Assembly (NCBI GenBank): GCA_026770705.1
Contig: JANJGN010000026.1
Location: 21,762,001 to 21,826,000, forward strand
Reading direction: 5' to 3'
From: Isurus oxyrinchus
Taxonomy: Eukaryota
DNA: 64,000 nt
Shown here: positions 23,641 through 37,114 of the stretch, piece after piece
Position numbering within the stretch: position 1 is the stretch's first letter
Layout of the letters: each line of letters starts with the position of its first letter
The notes under the pieces: generated by a model
The model's input: the letters and a program-made list of their open reading frames with translations, nothing else
The model's database searches: none
Told to the model about the DNA's origin: nothing
Translations under genes and position numbers: made by a program

Positions 23641-24519
23641 AAATGGATTCATTCTGGACAGTCAGCAGGGATTATTTCAGGAAATTACAGTGTAGTGATT
23701 GTTTCTCTTTGAAATCATCCCTTGGAGAACAGTGTGAATTAGTGGAAGAACTCACAGGCTGTTTAATGCTCTTTCCATGTCTGGAACCATTTAATTCCAG
23801 CCGATCTGTTGGTCCGGCTTCAACCGGGAGAGTTTGATGAATTCCCATAACTCACAATGGGAATGGACAGCCAGACCCGCCGGACACACTGATCCTGCCT
23901 GACGTCAACCCAGAATGAGCTGGAGAGCCGTCTCCACTCACCAGGACTATCTGCAATGTGGTTTCTGACTCAAAGGTGGGAATGTGAAGTTATTCTTTAT
24001 TAATAACCGTAAAAGTTACGATTGCCACCGAACTGACAGATCTCCTTTGTATATCCACTCCAAAAAAAGTCTTGATTTTACTTTTGCAATTTAATAGTGG
24101 TACTTAGATAATCTAACCACCTACTTCCTTGTGAGAGTGCTGAACTACAGTAGCCGAAGAAACCTAGCTATCCTCTACCAAGCCTCTCCTCATCCTCTCA
24201 GAATGAAATCATTCCTATCTTTGTCCAGTATTTTCCATTATCCATAAAGAAATTGTCTCAGTTTCTGCATTATGAAGCTAATCAAGCTCCTCCAATGTTC
24301 ATTCTAATTGAGTTTGATTTATGGTTAATTGTCAATTATCACATCTGCTTGTGTTTCTGCCTTATCTTTATGTTCAGCCTGGTTTTGCTCGAGTGAACTT
24401 TCTGTGGTCAGAATTCAGTTCAGTGACCCCTGTCCAGCTACATGTATTCTCTCAGGGTAACTGGATTTATGTCCATGGTGTCTGTGTTAGACGTTGAGTC
24501 ATTGTTTGATAACCCGTGC

Positions 24520-24755
24520 AGTGAAATCAGAAACAACTTGTTCACATAAAAGGTGATGCAAATCTGGACCAATCTCCACAAAAAGGCGGGCATCAATTGA
24601 AACTTTCAATTGGGAATCGATAGATTCTTGTTAAATAAAGATCTCAAAGAAAATGGATCGAGGATGGGAAAATGGAGTTGAGGTCCAGATCAACTATGAT
24701 CTAATTGAATGGGGGAGCAGACTTGTGGGATTGAATAGCCTCATCTTGTTCCTTT
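24520..24755 (+). mobile_element. Decayed CR1 3' tail
   Basis: GATCTAATTGAATGG..AGCAG..GAATAGCC..GTTCCT. Confidence 0.55.
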
Positions 24756-25258
24756 GTCCTGGCTGCTGTTCCTCCAGCAATGATTATCTCAGAGTGGGAC
24801 CAGTTTGGGATGTCACTGTGGGGCAGGATGTTCAGTATCCAACCCTGAGCTGTCCCAGAAAGGAGCAATTTGTGATGTCCCCTTGGGGTGCAGGTGTCTG
24901 ACCCTGAGATGCGCCAGGAAGGGAAGTTTGTGATGTTCCTGTGGGGGGCAGTATTTCAGCATCTGACCCTGAACTGCCCTCACACATCCTGCTGTGACCC
25001 ACAGTCATTCAAAAACAAAGTCCAGACGCAAACATTACTTTCATTTCCTAAATGTTTCACTGGGATTCACCACATTCATGGTAGCTTCCATTACTGGAAG
25101 TAAGCTTTTTAGAAAGTGACCCTTCCCATTTTACTTTATACAACATGCAGATTAAATGTATATGAGTATTAAACTTCAGCCCAGTTATTAACATCTGCAG
25201 CAACAAACCCCAACTGTGAGAATGCAGCAGAAATAACAGCAGAACCTAATCCCCGCAG

Positions 25259-26785
25259 TCACTTGTGAATTCGCTGGTGTCTCAGCAGGGTAGATGATAG
25301 ATTAAATCACTTCTCACACACGGAGCATGTGAAAGGCCTCTCCGCAGTGTGAATATGCTGGTGTTTCCGCAGACCGGATGAGTCAGTGAATTCCTTCCCA
25401 CACACGGAGCGGGGAAATAGCCTCTCTCCAGTGTGACTGCACTCGTGCCTCAGCAGTTCCCTTTTGCATTTAAAACTCTTTTCAGAGTCAGAACATTTAA
25501 ATTGTCTCTTAACAGCATGAACAAGTTGGTGTGAAATCAGGGTGCTTATCCGAGTGAAACCCTTCCCACACAGGGAGCAGGTGAATGGCCTCTCCCCAGT
25601 GTGAACTCGATGATGTTCAGTGAGGTGGGATTGATTAATGAATTGTTTCCCACATACAGAACAGCTGAATGGCCTCTCCCCAGTGCGAATTCGCTGGTGT
25701 GTTAGCAGTTATTTATGTTTTTAAAACTCTTCCCACAATCAGAATATTTAAATGGTCTCTTAACAGTGTGAACAAGCTGATTTTTATTGAGCTACGATAA
25801 CTGAACGAATTCCTTCCCACACACGGAGCAGACAAACAGCCTCTCCCCAGTGTGAGTGCACTGGTGTTTCAGCAGGTTGCAGGAGATAGTGAATTCCATC
25901 CCACATGCAGAGCAGGTGAATGGCCTCTTCCCAGTGTGAGTGCTCTGGTGCCTCAGCATTTAAAGCTCTTGTCACAGTCAGATCATTTAAATGTCTCTTA
26001 TGAGTGTGAACTAGTCGGTGTGAAATGAGGCTGCTTGACCGAATGAATCGCATCCCACAGTCAGAGCAGGTGAATGGTTTCTCCCCAGTGTGAACTCGCT
26101 GGTGTTCAGACAGCTGGGATGAATTAGTGAATCGCTTCCCACATACAGTATAGCTAAACCGCCTCTCACCAGTGTGAGTGTGTTGGTGCCTCAGCAAATC
26201 CCCTGTACTTTTAAAGCTTTTCCCACAGTCAGAACATTTAAACGGTCTCTTATCACTGTGAACAAGTTGATGTTTATTGAGCTGCGATGACTGAGTGAAT
26301 TCCTTCCCACACACAGAGCAGGTGAATGGCCTCTCCCCAGTGTGAATGCATTGGTGTTTCAGCAGATCCCTTGTGTTTTTAAATCTCTTCTCACAGTCAG
26401 AACATTTGAACAATACCTCATTAGTGTGAACACGAGAGTCTGACAAAAGATGCGAAAAAGCATGAAATCGCTTCCAACATTGAGTACAGGTGAAAGGCCT
26501 TTCTCCAGAGTGAATTCGCTGGTGTCTCAGAAGTTGGGATGACTGAGTGAATCCTTTCCCACACACCAAGCAGGTGAACGGCCTCTCCCCAGTGTGAATA
26601 CGCCAATGAATTTCCAGCTCTGATGGGTAATTAAATCCCTTTCCACAGTCCCCACATTTCCAAGGCTTCTCCCCAGTGTGATTGTGCATGTGTTTTGAAA
26701 GGTCAGATGATCGGGTAAAACCTCGTCCACACTCGGAACACATGAACTGTTTCTCCCCACTTTGAACAGGGCTCTTTGCTTCCAC
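25259..26785 (-). pseudogene. ZNF locus 5: long (~18 repeats) C2H2 gene, disrupted
   Basis: Family ATG is GTG (26785); two broken fingers; frameshift at ~25990 plus further indels; family stop CACAAGTGA at 25259. Confidence 0.82.
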
Positions 26786-26944
26786 GTTCAACGTCTGATG
26801 ACGTTCAGGCCCTGATGAATCGGTTGACTCTTGTCAGATCCTGAGGTGATGCTTAGTTTTCGTTTCTAGTCAGCAAATCTGCCTGTAAAAGGAGTTTCCA
26901 AAGTCCATCACTGTCAGTCCAAGACAAAAAAAATCACAACATTC

Positions 26945-27510
26945 CCACTTCCGGGTCCAGGATGACTGCGCATGCGCCCATCTGGACTTGCCCCTATAAA
27001 GATAGGGTCGCGCATGCTCTCCGCTGCATATTGCCCCCTCCAACAATGGCGCCCCGTTGATGCAAAACTAATACCTTGATTTTCGGAGTTTCACGGCTGC
27101 AAGGAATATGTATGAATCCTCCCCGCCTAAACCGCTCTATTCATCTCCTGCTCTCCTGTTGTTTCTCATCCGGATTCAGCACCAGGAATTGCTCGGTGCC
27201 GCGCGCAAAGCTCCCGTCGTGACGCGAAATCCCCGCCCCATTCACTCGGATTGGTTGGAGGACCATCAGCTCGTTCGGTCCTCCAGCCCCGCCTCCTATT
27301 CGTCCGGAGCTTCCGTCAATCAGCTGGGCATTGTGAGCTGTCAGGTGAGAGGTCACTGTCAGAGCGGGTTAATAAAACCCAGGCAGGGGGGCGGGGTTTA
27401 CAAATCCCGAGTGCGGCCCCAGAGCCGAATATTGAACAATGAACATTCTCCACTCTCACTATCCGCCGCTTCCGGCTTCTCTCCGGGAACAACCTCAAAC
27501 AAAGAGACCA
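26945..27510. promoter_or_regulatory. Bidirectional CpG-island promoter between head-to-head loci 5 and 6
   Basis: GCGCATGCGC, ATGGCG, GC boxes, ATTGG; CAG|GTGAGA donor at ~27345; loci 5 (-) and 6 (+) diverge from it. Confidence 0.7.
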
Positions 27511-27570
27511 GGGGGAGACAGTGGCCTAGTGGGAATGTCACTGGATCAGTAATTCAGAGACCCAGGGTCA
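27511..27570 (+). mobile_element. tRNA-derived SINE head fragment
   Basis: GGGGGAGACAGTGGCCTAGTGG (box A-like) ..CACTGGA..AGTAAT.CAGAG. Confidence 0.5.
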
Positions 27571-27702
27571 TTACCCAAGACATTATCACTCGCTGCGTCA
27601 AAAGAAGGTCTTCCTCACATCTCCCTTCTGTATCTCTTGCACAAAATCTTTTTGATTAGTTAATGGGAACAGTTAATCTTTATCTACCTGGTATAAAACT
27701 AG

Positions 27703-27812
27703 CACAAGTTCTGTTGAAGAGTCATACGGACTCGAAACGTTAACTGTGTGCCTCTCCCCAGATGCTGCCAGACCTGCTGAGTTTTTCCAGGTATTTTCAC
27801 TTTTGTTTTTGT
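27703..27812 (+). mobile_element. Penelope-terminal short insert with hammerhead-like motif (27703-27748)
   Basis: CACAAGTT-CTGTTGA-A-GAGTC-atacg-GACTC-GAAA-C-GTT-AACTGTG followed by the GATGCTGCCAGACCTGCTGAG tail. Confidence 0.75.
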
Positions 27813-27979
27813 TTTATAAACTTGTACACCTCTATCAAATCTCCCAGCAATCGGCTTCACTCCAAGAAGAACAATCCCGATTCCTCCAACCTAACCTTGC
27901 AACTATAATCCCTCATTCCTGGAACCATTCTGGTAAATCTCCTCTGCACCCTCTCATAGGCCCTCACATCTTTCATAAT

Positions 27980-28560
27980 GTGTGGTGATCACTGGTTTGC
28001 ACAGACCCAGATGTTCTGTGTTCGTGTCTGTGATGTCATCACGCACCAACAATTACACGGTAACATCACCCCGCTCTCCAGGTATTTCCTCAACTGGGAG
28101 ATTTTTCTCTGACTCCAGTGCTTCTGATATCTTTCCAGCTGCAGGCTCCAGGAGATTTTAATATTGAAAACAGTGGAGTTGTTTCAGAGGTGAGTATTTT
28201 GACCATTCATCTGCATTTTAGAGCTTTAAGTTCAATGCTGTGTTATCTGTGAGAGGTTCCATGGCTCTGGGGCTGGTGTGGCTCCTTTACTGTGGATCTG
28301 AATCCATGTCCATCCATTGCTCTGTTTCATCTCTGCCCTCCCTGATCACCTCTCTGCCTTTGACTAACTTCCTCTGTCTCTTCTAATGGGTGTGTTTTAA
28401 CCATGTTTAGTATTTTACTGATAGTTATGCTGATCAGGTCTAACTGAGGCTTCCACCGCTGGCCATCCCTGACCATGTGCTGCTGGCTTCCCAGTTTTAC
28501 CTTCCCGCAGAATCTTTTATATTCAGGAATTGTTTTACTTGCACCACAATTCATTTCTTT
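27980..28560 (+). other. Conserved lineage-A intronic block (locus 6 copy) with best-preserved candidate exon 28082-28188
   Basis: CTCTCCAG|GTATTTCC...TTCAGAG|GTGAGT. Confidence 0.6.
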
Positions 28561-28929
28561 TCCTTTTGTTTTATTGCAGGATTTTTTCACAGAACCGAGT
28601 CTACAAACACATACAGACCAACTCAGAGCTGGTTTGTAGCAGGATAGGCATTGGTGGCAGATGTTCGCCCCTGGCCTCCACTACAGGTCCATTTTCTTCA
28701 AGTCATATAGAAGGAGGCTCTTTAACTCATTGTGCCCATGCTGGCTCTCTGCAAGATCTGATCGGTTAGTCCCACAAGATCAGCATATATTACCAATCCC
28801 CAGTTAGCTGTGGAGAAGATGTTTGACCTTGACCTGCTGCAGTCTGTGTGGTGAAGGTGTTCCCACAATGTGTTTGGTAAGGAGTTATAGGGTTTTCGGC
28901 CAGAAATGAAGAAATGGTGATATATGTAA

Positions 28930-29495
28930 AACAGCAACAACAACACATATTTATATAGCACCTTTCATATAATACAACTTTCCAATGTGTGTTTCACAGG
29001 AGTGTTCTAAAGCAAGATTTGACACCGAGCCCACATATGGAGAAGTTAGGGCAGATGACAACTAGTTTGGTCAAAGAGTTAGTTTTTAAATTGTATCTCA
29101 AAGAACAATAGAGAGGTGGAGAGGTTGGGGAGGAAATTCCACAGGTTATGGCCTTGGCAAGCCAGGTAGGAGTGAGTAAAACCAGGAATTCTCAGGACGC
29201 CAGAATTAGAGCAGTGCAGATATCTCAGAGGGTTGTGTGGCTGGAGAAGATCACAGAGAAAGGGATGAATGCAACCATGAGGAGGATTTGAAAACAAGGA
29301 TGAGAAATTTAAAATTTTGGTGCTTCTTAAATGAGACGTTTGTAGGCCAGTGAGCACAGGGCTGAAGCGTGAACAAGACTTGGTGTGAGGAAATGCACAG
29401 CAGAGTTTTGGATGACCTCAAGATTACAGGGAGGTTGAATGTGCGAGGCCGCCTGGAAGTGAGTGAGGATAGTTAAATCCAGAGGCAACTAAGGA
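28930..29495 (-). mobile_element. L2 3' fragment
   Basis: CAA-repeat tail on + strand; NLWNFLP motif. Confidence 0.7.
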
Positions 29496-29499
29496 TTTT

Positions 29500-29980
29500 T
29501 TAAAAATTCCTTGACGGGATGCTGGCTGCGCCAGCATTTATTGCCCATCCCTAGTTGCCCTTGAGAAGGTGGTGGTGAACTGTCTTTTTGAACCGCTGCA
29601 GTCCACATGGTGTAGGTACACCCACAGTGCTGTTAGGAAGGGAGTTCCAGGATTTTGACCCAGCAACAGTGAAGGGACGGCTGATATATTTCCAAGTCAG
29701 GATGGTGAGTGACTTGGAGGGGAGCTTCCAGGTGGTGTTTCCACCTAACTGCTGCCCTTGTCCTGCTGGGTGGTAGTGGTCGAGGGTTTAGAAGGTGCTG
29801 TCAAAGGAGCCTTGGTGAATCCCTGCAGCGCATCTTGTAGATGGTACACACTGCTGTCACTGTGCATTGGTGGTGGAGGGAGTGAATGTTTGTGGGTGTG
29901 GTGCCAATCAAGCGGGCTGCTTTGTCCTGTCTGGTTCCAAGCTTCCTGAGTGTTGTGGGAGCTGCACTCATCCACGTGCA
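29500..29980 (-). mobile_element. Non-LTR retrotransposon 3' end (CR1/L2/Jockey group)
   Basis: Minus strand AWMSAAPTTL.KL...DKAARLIG...HSLHH..TV..VYxIYKM-like residues plus tail. Confidence 0.65.
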
Positions 29981-30433
29981 CCTGTGACCCTGGTCCTTCT
30001 TGGTGTGGAGGTTAAGGGTTTGGGGTGTTCTGTCAAAGTTCTGACTGAGTTGTAGAAAAATAAAATCTCTCTCGCTTACCGCCTGCGTCTCCCACCCCTC
30101 TCTCTCCTCTCATGGAGGCTAGAGTTTTGTGTACGTCTGGGCTGGGTGACAGGTTCCCTTCCCTGATGGACATTAGTGAACCAGTTGGGTTTTTATGACA
30201 ATTGGCTTCTTTAATGGTCACGTTTTCCTAGTGCTAGCCCCACAAATTACTCGATTCATTCAGTTCAGTTTCACAATTCGTCTTTGTGTTTTTGTGGATT
30301 CTATCTCACTCCCTTTTCTCTGTTTTAAATCAATTTCACAGGGGATTAGAAGGGAAGGATTTGCAATTGGGAAACTCAAACCTAACATCACATCAGGTTC
30401 TGGTGAAGTCACCCAATTTACTAGACTTTGAAC

Positions 30434-31110
<677 letters not shown>

Positions 31111-31314
31111 CTGCAGGGGTTGGATTCTGCTGTTAATCATATTCAGGACTGAACTATGTCATTGTAGTCTATTTTTGCTGATGTTAATAAACTCTAGCCC
31201 AGTTATTGGGGTTAATATTCTGGATAAAAGTGAAATATATTAGGTTTGTGTTAAACACAGTGCGGCAAATCATTTTAATATCTCTTAACACAAGTTAGTT
31301 TCTTTTGAAATGCT

Positions 31315-32232
31315 CTCCCTTTCCCCATCTCCTTCATCCTCACCTCCAACAATAAGTGTGAGGAGCTCTTGGAGCTTCTCCATCACTAAGATTCGGACAA
31401 TCTGATCAGCTGCATCTGCTGTTTCCCTCCCACTATTCCACTGGGCCAAACTGTCTCCAAAGTTCCTCCTTGTCTTAGCACTGAACTTGCATCTTTCTCC
31501 CGTTTCTCTCCTATCTCCCATCAACACCTGTCAGAGCTCATCTTGTCAATGAGATCTACGTCCTAGTCCTTCACTCCTAACCCCACTACACTGCTGATGC
31601 TCCATTTTCCCCATTTTAGCTGATACTGTTTATGGTTGTATCTCTTTTTGATATTGTCCCTCTCACCTCTAAATCCACCATCATCACCATCCTGAAAAAA
31701 AAAACCTTTGATCCCCACCATCCTTGCAAACTAGTGCCCCATCTCCAACCTGCTTTTCCTCTGCAAGGACCTTGAACTTGGTGTCCCCCAAGGATCTATA
31801 CTTGGTCCCTCCTATTTCTCATCTACATGCTGCCACTAGGCAACACCATCCAAAAGCACCTTGTTCGTTTTCACATGTACACTGACAATGCCCAGCTCTA
31901 CTTCAGCACCATCCCTCTTCATTCTTCCACTGTTACTAAATTATCAAACCGATTATCCAACATCTAGTACTGGATGAGCAGAAATTTCCTCCGATTAACA
32001 GTTGGGGAGACCAAAGCAATTGTCTACAGTTGCCACTACAAATTCTGTTTCCTAACTACCGAGTCCATCCCTCTTTCTAGGAACTGTCTTGAGGCTGAAT
32101 CACACTTAAGAATCTTGATGTCTGTTTGATCTCAAGATGACTTTCCCACCACTTATCCACACCATCACAAATACCACATATCTCCCCCTCCATAACGTTA
32201 CTTGTCTCCACCCACAGCTCATCTGCTGCTGA
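31315..32232 (+). mobile_element. L2 RT fragments
   Basis: GVPQGSILGP, IYMLPLG, FHMYTDN.QL; paralogous to 17500-18275(-). Confidence 0.8.
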
Positions 32233-32349
32233 GAGAGGAGATGAATATCCTGTTACTGATTATTCAGTGGTCATTTTTTCCCTTTCCCACTACATTGCAA
32301 ATAAATCATCCCTGCTGTCTGTCCTGAATGAATCCATTTCAATAACAAC

Positions 32350-32965
32350 TGTTGAAACGTTTGCCCCAAACCCACAGGGTTTCATCTGTTTAAAGCCACA
32401 AACAGAAAGGTCCAGTTTTCTCCTGGAGTTTGAGACAAATCAGCTTCCAAAAATGATGCCGAGTTTCAACCAATGAGGGAGATCCGAGATCAGCCCCGCC
32501 CCTCGTTCACTCCGATTGGTCGGATGACCAGCTCTCCCGTTCGGTCCTCCAGACCCGCCCCTTCTTCCCGTTGGTCCTGAGCTGCCGTCAATCACTCCCC
32601 AGGCATCGTGATCTGGAGCATGCGCAGTGCGGGTGATGTCTATGGACAGACGCTTGTTTGTCTCATCTTCAGGCGGGAAGGAGGCGGATAAGCGGAGGCA
32701 GCGTTAGGGGCAGTGGGTGGGAGGGGAGGCTTCACAAACACCCAGTGGAGGCCTCAACACCCCCAGTAAGACAGTACCGGGCCCGCCTTTGCACCGAACG
32801 GAACGGCAGCTGCAGGCTTTCTCCCGGTGCCAGGCCCGAGTGGACAAATGTGGGTTAATGAAGGAAATGCAGCAATGGGTTTGTTAATGAGAAATTATCT
32901 TTAACTCACTTTACTGATCCTGGAGCAGGAGGAGAGAATGGTGTCAATTTCTATCCTGGACTGGC
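32350..32965 (+). promoter_or_regulatory. ZNF promoter cassette and exon 1 of locus 7
   Basis: Near-identical to 320-890 including the intron start. Confidence 0.78.
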
Positions 32966-33039
32966 ACTGATGCATTTGTTTACAAAAAATCATCTTTAAC
33001 TTTACAGGAAGCAGGAGGGGAGACAGTTTAATATCACAA

Positions 33040-33270
33040 TTAACTAACTTGCGGGAGTTTTTTGAATTGGTAACAGAGAGGGTTAATGTGAGCAATGATG
33101 TGATGTACATGGATTTCCAAAAGACATTTGATACAGTGTCACACAACAGACTTTAAGCTGTGAGCAAAGTTCTAGCTCATGGAATAAAAGGGACATGAAC
33201 AACAATGATACGGAATTGGCTGAGTGACAGGTAACAAACAGTAGTGGTTAATAGAAGTTTTTTCCACTGG
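33040..33270 (+). mobile_element. CR1 RT fragment
   Basis: DVMYMDFQKTFDTVSH..NWLSDR motif. Confidence 0.7.
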
Positions 33271-33414
33271 AGTTCGTGAGTATTTCCTCAACTGGGAGAT
33301 TTTTCTCGGACTCCAGTGCTTCTGATATGTTTCCACCTGCAGGCTGCACCAGGGGATTTTAAAATTGAAAACTGAAATTGTTTCAGTGGTATTTCTGACC
33401 ATTCATCTGCAATT

Positions 33415-33656
33415 AACCTGGACTTAGGACTGGTGTAGGTCGTTCAATGGTGTCACTAAGCAAATGGCAATATACAACCAGCCTGACAACTTGTGAATGT
33501 GGAACTGAGCCACAGACTATGCAACATCTCCTGCAATGCCTATCACTAGAGGAACCCTACACTGTTGCAGATCTTGCCGAATTCAACAGCAAGGTGCAAA
33601 AATATGTCCAGTTCTGGCTGGGCCATGTATAGACTGTCCGTGGACATGATAAGAAT
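33415..33656 (+). mobile_element. 5'-truncated LINE 3' end (CCHC knuckle; RTE-X/Vingi-like)
   Basis: CECG.EPQTMQHLLQC; 10-bp TSD ATCTGCAATT at 33405-33414 and 33657-33666; absent from paralog at ~28210. Confidence 0.75.
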
Positions 33657-34599
33657 ATCTGCAATTTAGAGCTTTTAATTCTATGCTCTGTTATTTGTAT
33701 GAAGTCCCACGTTTCTGGGGCTGGTTTGGCTACTTTACAGTAGAAGTGAACCCAAGCCCATCCATTGGTCTATTTCACCTCTGCCCTCCCTGATCACCTC
33801 TCTGCCATTATATAACTTCCTCTGCCTCTGATAATGAATGTATTGTAGTTATGTTTGGTATTTTAATGTTACTGCCATTGACTATGTCTAAATGAGGTTC
33901 CACTGCTGCCCATCCCCCAACCATGTGCTGCTGGCTTTCCATCTTCCCACATGATCTTTCATTGTTACGTCTTGTTTAGCCTGCGCTATTGTCCATTTCT
34001 CTTCCATGTCTAACCTTATACTGCAAGTCAAATTCTGCACCATTTTTATTCCCCGTAATTCATTCTGCGCATCCTGAAATGTTAATGCTGTTTCTCGCTC
34101 CAAAGAAATTGCCCGACCTGCTGAGTATTCCCAGCGTTTTTTATTTTTATTTCAGATTTCCAGCAGCTGCAGTATTTTACTATTATTTTATTCCAGGCAT
34201 CGCTCAGAGAACCAAGTCTGGAAACACAGACAGATTGATTAAGAGCTGGGTTGCATCATGGTGGGCTTTGGTGGCAGAAGCTGATCTCTGACCTCCAATG
34301 TAGGTCCTTTTTCATTGAGTCATAGAATCATTGAGTGATTACAATGCAGAAGAAGACTATTTAGCACGTTGTGCTCAGGCTGGCTCTTGACAAGAGCAAA
34401 TCAGCTCCCATGTCCCTGTCCTTTCACCAACAGGACCAGCAGCATATATTACCAATCTCCAGTTGCCTGTGGAGAAGATGAGGTTTGACCTTCTTGAACC
34501 ACTGCAGTCCATGTGGCGGAGGTGCTCCCACAATGTTGTTAGATAAGGAGTTACAGGTTATTCACTCTGTGATGATGAAGGCCATATATGTCCAAGTCA

Positions 34600-35640
34600 A
34601 CAATACTAATTTATATTTATGTCACGCTTTTGATGCAGTACAATGTTCCAAGATGTTTCACACAAATGTTACAAAACAGCATTTGACAACAAGCCACATA
34701 AGGTGATATTAGGGCAGGTGATCAAAAGCTTGGTCAGAGGTAGGTTTTAAGGAGTGTTTTAAAGGAGGAAAGCGAGGTAGAGGGATGGAGAGGTTTAAGG
34801 AGGAAATTCCAGAGCTTGTGGCCTTGGCAACTGAAAGAAGGGCTCAACCAACAGTTGAGCGATTAAAATCAGGAGTGGTCAGCAGGCCGGAATTATAAGG
34901 GCGCAGATATTTCAGAGGATTGCGTGACTGGAGGAGGTTAGAGAGACAGAGAGGGGCAAGAGCATGGAGGAGATTACAGACAGGGATGGACAGGAGTGTG
35001 GAGGAGATTACAGACACAGGGACGGACAGGAGTGTGGAGGAGATTACAGAGACAGGGATGGACAAGAGCATGGAGGAGATTACAGAGCCAGGGAGGGACA
35101 AGAGCATGGAGGAGATTACAGAGACAGGGAACATGGAGGAAATTGAAAACAAGCATGAGAACTTAAAAATGTAGGTACTTATTAAATTGGAGCTTTTGTA
35201 AGTCAGTGAGCATAAGGGTGATGGACATATATGATTTGGCGCAAGGAAGCACATGACAATGGAGTTCTGGGTGAGCTCAACATTAGAGGAGGTTGAATGT
35301 GGGAGCTGCCAGCGGGTGCGTTAGGATAGTTCAGCCTAGAGATAACAAAGGAATGGGTGACGGTTTCAGCAGCAGATGAGCTGAAACCAGGATAGAGCCG
35401 GGCAGTGTTACTGAGGTGAAAATAGGCGGTTTTGGTGATGTGGATATGTGGTTGAAAGCTCATTTTTGGGTGAAATATGACACCGAGGTTGTGAACAGTC
35501 TGATTCAGCCTCACACAGTTCCAGGGAGAGGGATGGAGTCGGTGGCTAGGAAATGGAGTTTGTAGTGGGGACTGAAGGGCTTCCCGATATTTTAATGGAG
35601 TAAATTTTTGTTCATCCATTACTGGATGTCAGACAAGGCA
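34600..35640 (-). mobile_element. L2 3' part in intron of locus 7
   Basis: VHNLGVIF..MSF.PHI..TKTAYFHL..HSFVISRLNY. Confidence 0.8.
34960..35145. repeat. 36-bp minisatellite, ~5 copies, expanded inside L2
   Basis: Unit GAGCATGGAGGAGATTACAGAGACAGGGATGGACAA. Confidence 0.9.
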
Positions 35641-35989
35641 AGACCGTGGGGGACTTGTCGGTGATGGTGTTCACATACACCTGTTACCCTGGTCCTTTTG
35701 GGTGGGGGAGTTTGAAAGTTTGGCAGGCTCTGTCAAAGTTCTGGTCAAGTTGTAAATATTTAAAATCCTTTTCCTTAGCCCCCTGCTGCTCCATCCCTCT
35801 CTCTCGCTCCATTTCTCTCTTTGTGCTTTTGTAGGTTCTCCCTCACTGTCTTTTTTTTCTATTTTAAATTAATTTCACAGGGTGCTAGAAGGGAAGGATT
35901 TGCAGTGAGGAAACTCAAACCAATCATCACATCTGGATCTGATGCAGCCTCCAAATTTATCATAACTGGAATATCATTTGATTTTGAAC

Positions 35990-37114
35990 ATGGAAGGAAA
36001 AAGCACCGTTCACAGTGGAGATAAACCGTACACGTGTTCTGTGTGTGGACGAGGCTTCAGCCGATCATCTGGCCTGTTGAAACACAAGTGCAATCATACG
36101 AGGGAGAAACTATGGAAATGTGAGGACTGTGGGAAGGGATTCAATTACCCATCTGACCTGGAAACTCATCGGCGCACTCACACTGGGGAGAAGCCATTCA
36201 CTTGCTCTGAGTGTGGGAAGAGATTCACTCACTCATCCAGCTTGCTGAAACACCAGCGGGATCACAATGGGGAGAGACCATTCACCTGCTCCAAGTGTGG
36301 GAAGGGATTCACTACCTCATTTCACCTGCTGACACACCAGCGAATTCACACTGGGGAGAGGCCATTCACCTGCTCTGACTGTGGGAAGCGATTCACTCAG
36401 TCATCCCAACTGCGAGCCCACCAGCGCACTCACACTGGGGAGAGACCCTTCAGTTGCTCTGACTGTGGGAAGGGATTCACTCAGTCATCCCACCTGCTGA
36501 CTCACCAGCGCAGTCACACTGGGGAGAGGCCATTCACCTGCTCCAAGTGTGGGAAGGGATTCACATGTTCATCACGTCTGCTGACGCACCAGCGAGTTCA
36601 CACTGCTGAGAGACCTTTTAAATGCCCAGACTGCGAGAAGTGCTATAAAAGTTCTGGGGAACTGATGTCCCATCAACGTGTTCACACTGAGGAGAGACCG
36701 TTCAGGTGCTTTCAATGTGGCACTGGGTTCAGGCGATCATTTGAACTCACTGTACATCAGCACAGTCACACTGGGGAGAGTCCTTTCACCTGCTCTGAAT
36801 GTGGGAAGGGATTCAGTATTTCATCCCGCCTGCTGATGCACCAGCGAATTCACACTGGGGAAAGGCCATTCATCTGCTCTGAGTGTGGGAAGGGATTCAC
36901 TCAGTCATCCCAACTGTCGACACATCAGCGCACTCACACTGGGGAGAGGCCATTCACCTGCTCTGTGTGTGGGAAAGGATTCACTTGCTTATCACACTTG
37001 CTAACCCACCAGCGAGTTCACACTGGGGAGAGGCCATTCACCTGCTCCAATTGTGGGAAGGGATTCAGTACCTCATCCAACTTACTGAAACACCAACGGG
37101 TTCACATTGACTAG
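35990..37114 (+). CDS. ZNF locus 7: C2H2 zinc-finger protein, 13 fingers
   Basis: [10 protein letters not shown] start after acceptor TTTCACAG|35881; 13 intact fingers; TAG in a linker, then decayed fingers to ~37675. Confidence 0.93.
   Translation: MEGKSTVHSGDKPYTCSVCGRGFSRSSGLLKHKCNHTREKLWKCEDCGKGFNYPSDLETHRRTHTGEKPFTCSECGKRFTHSSSLLKHQRDHNGERPFTCSKCGKGFTTSFHLLTHQRIHTGERPFTCSDCGKRFTQSSQLRAHQRTHTGERPFSCSDCGKGFTQSSHLLTHQRSHTGERPFTCSKCGKGFTCSSRLLTHQRVHTAERPFKCPDCEKCYKSSGELMSHQRVHTEERPFRCFQCGTGFRRSFELTVHQHSHTGESPFTCSECGKGFSISSRLLMHQRIHTGERPFICSECGKGFTQSSQLSTHQRTHTGERPFTCSVCGKGFTCLSHLLTHQRVHTGERPFTCSNCGKGFSTSSNLLKHQRVHID

Noticed and set aside
24805-24980. Three degenerate ~60-bp repeats
   Set aside because: Too decayed to assign; probably an old minisatellite
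28082-28188. Small exon as a KRAB-A box
   Set aside because: No VTFxDVAV/FSxEEW pattern in any frame, indels between copies, and the downstream leader frame is closed
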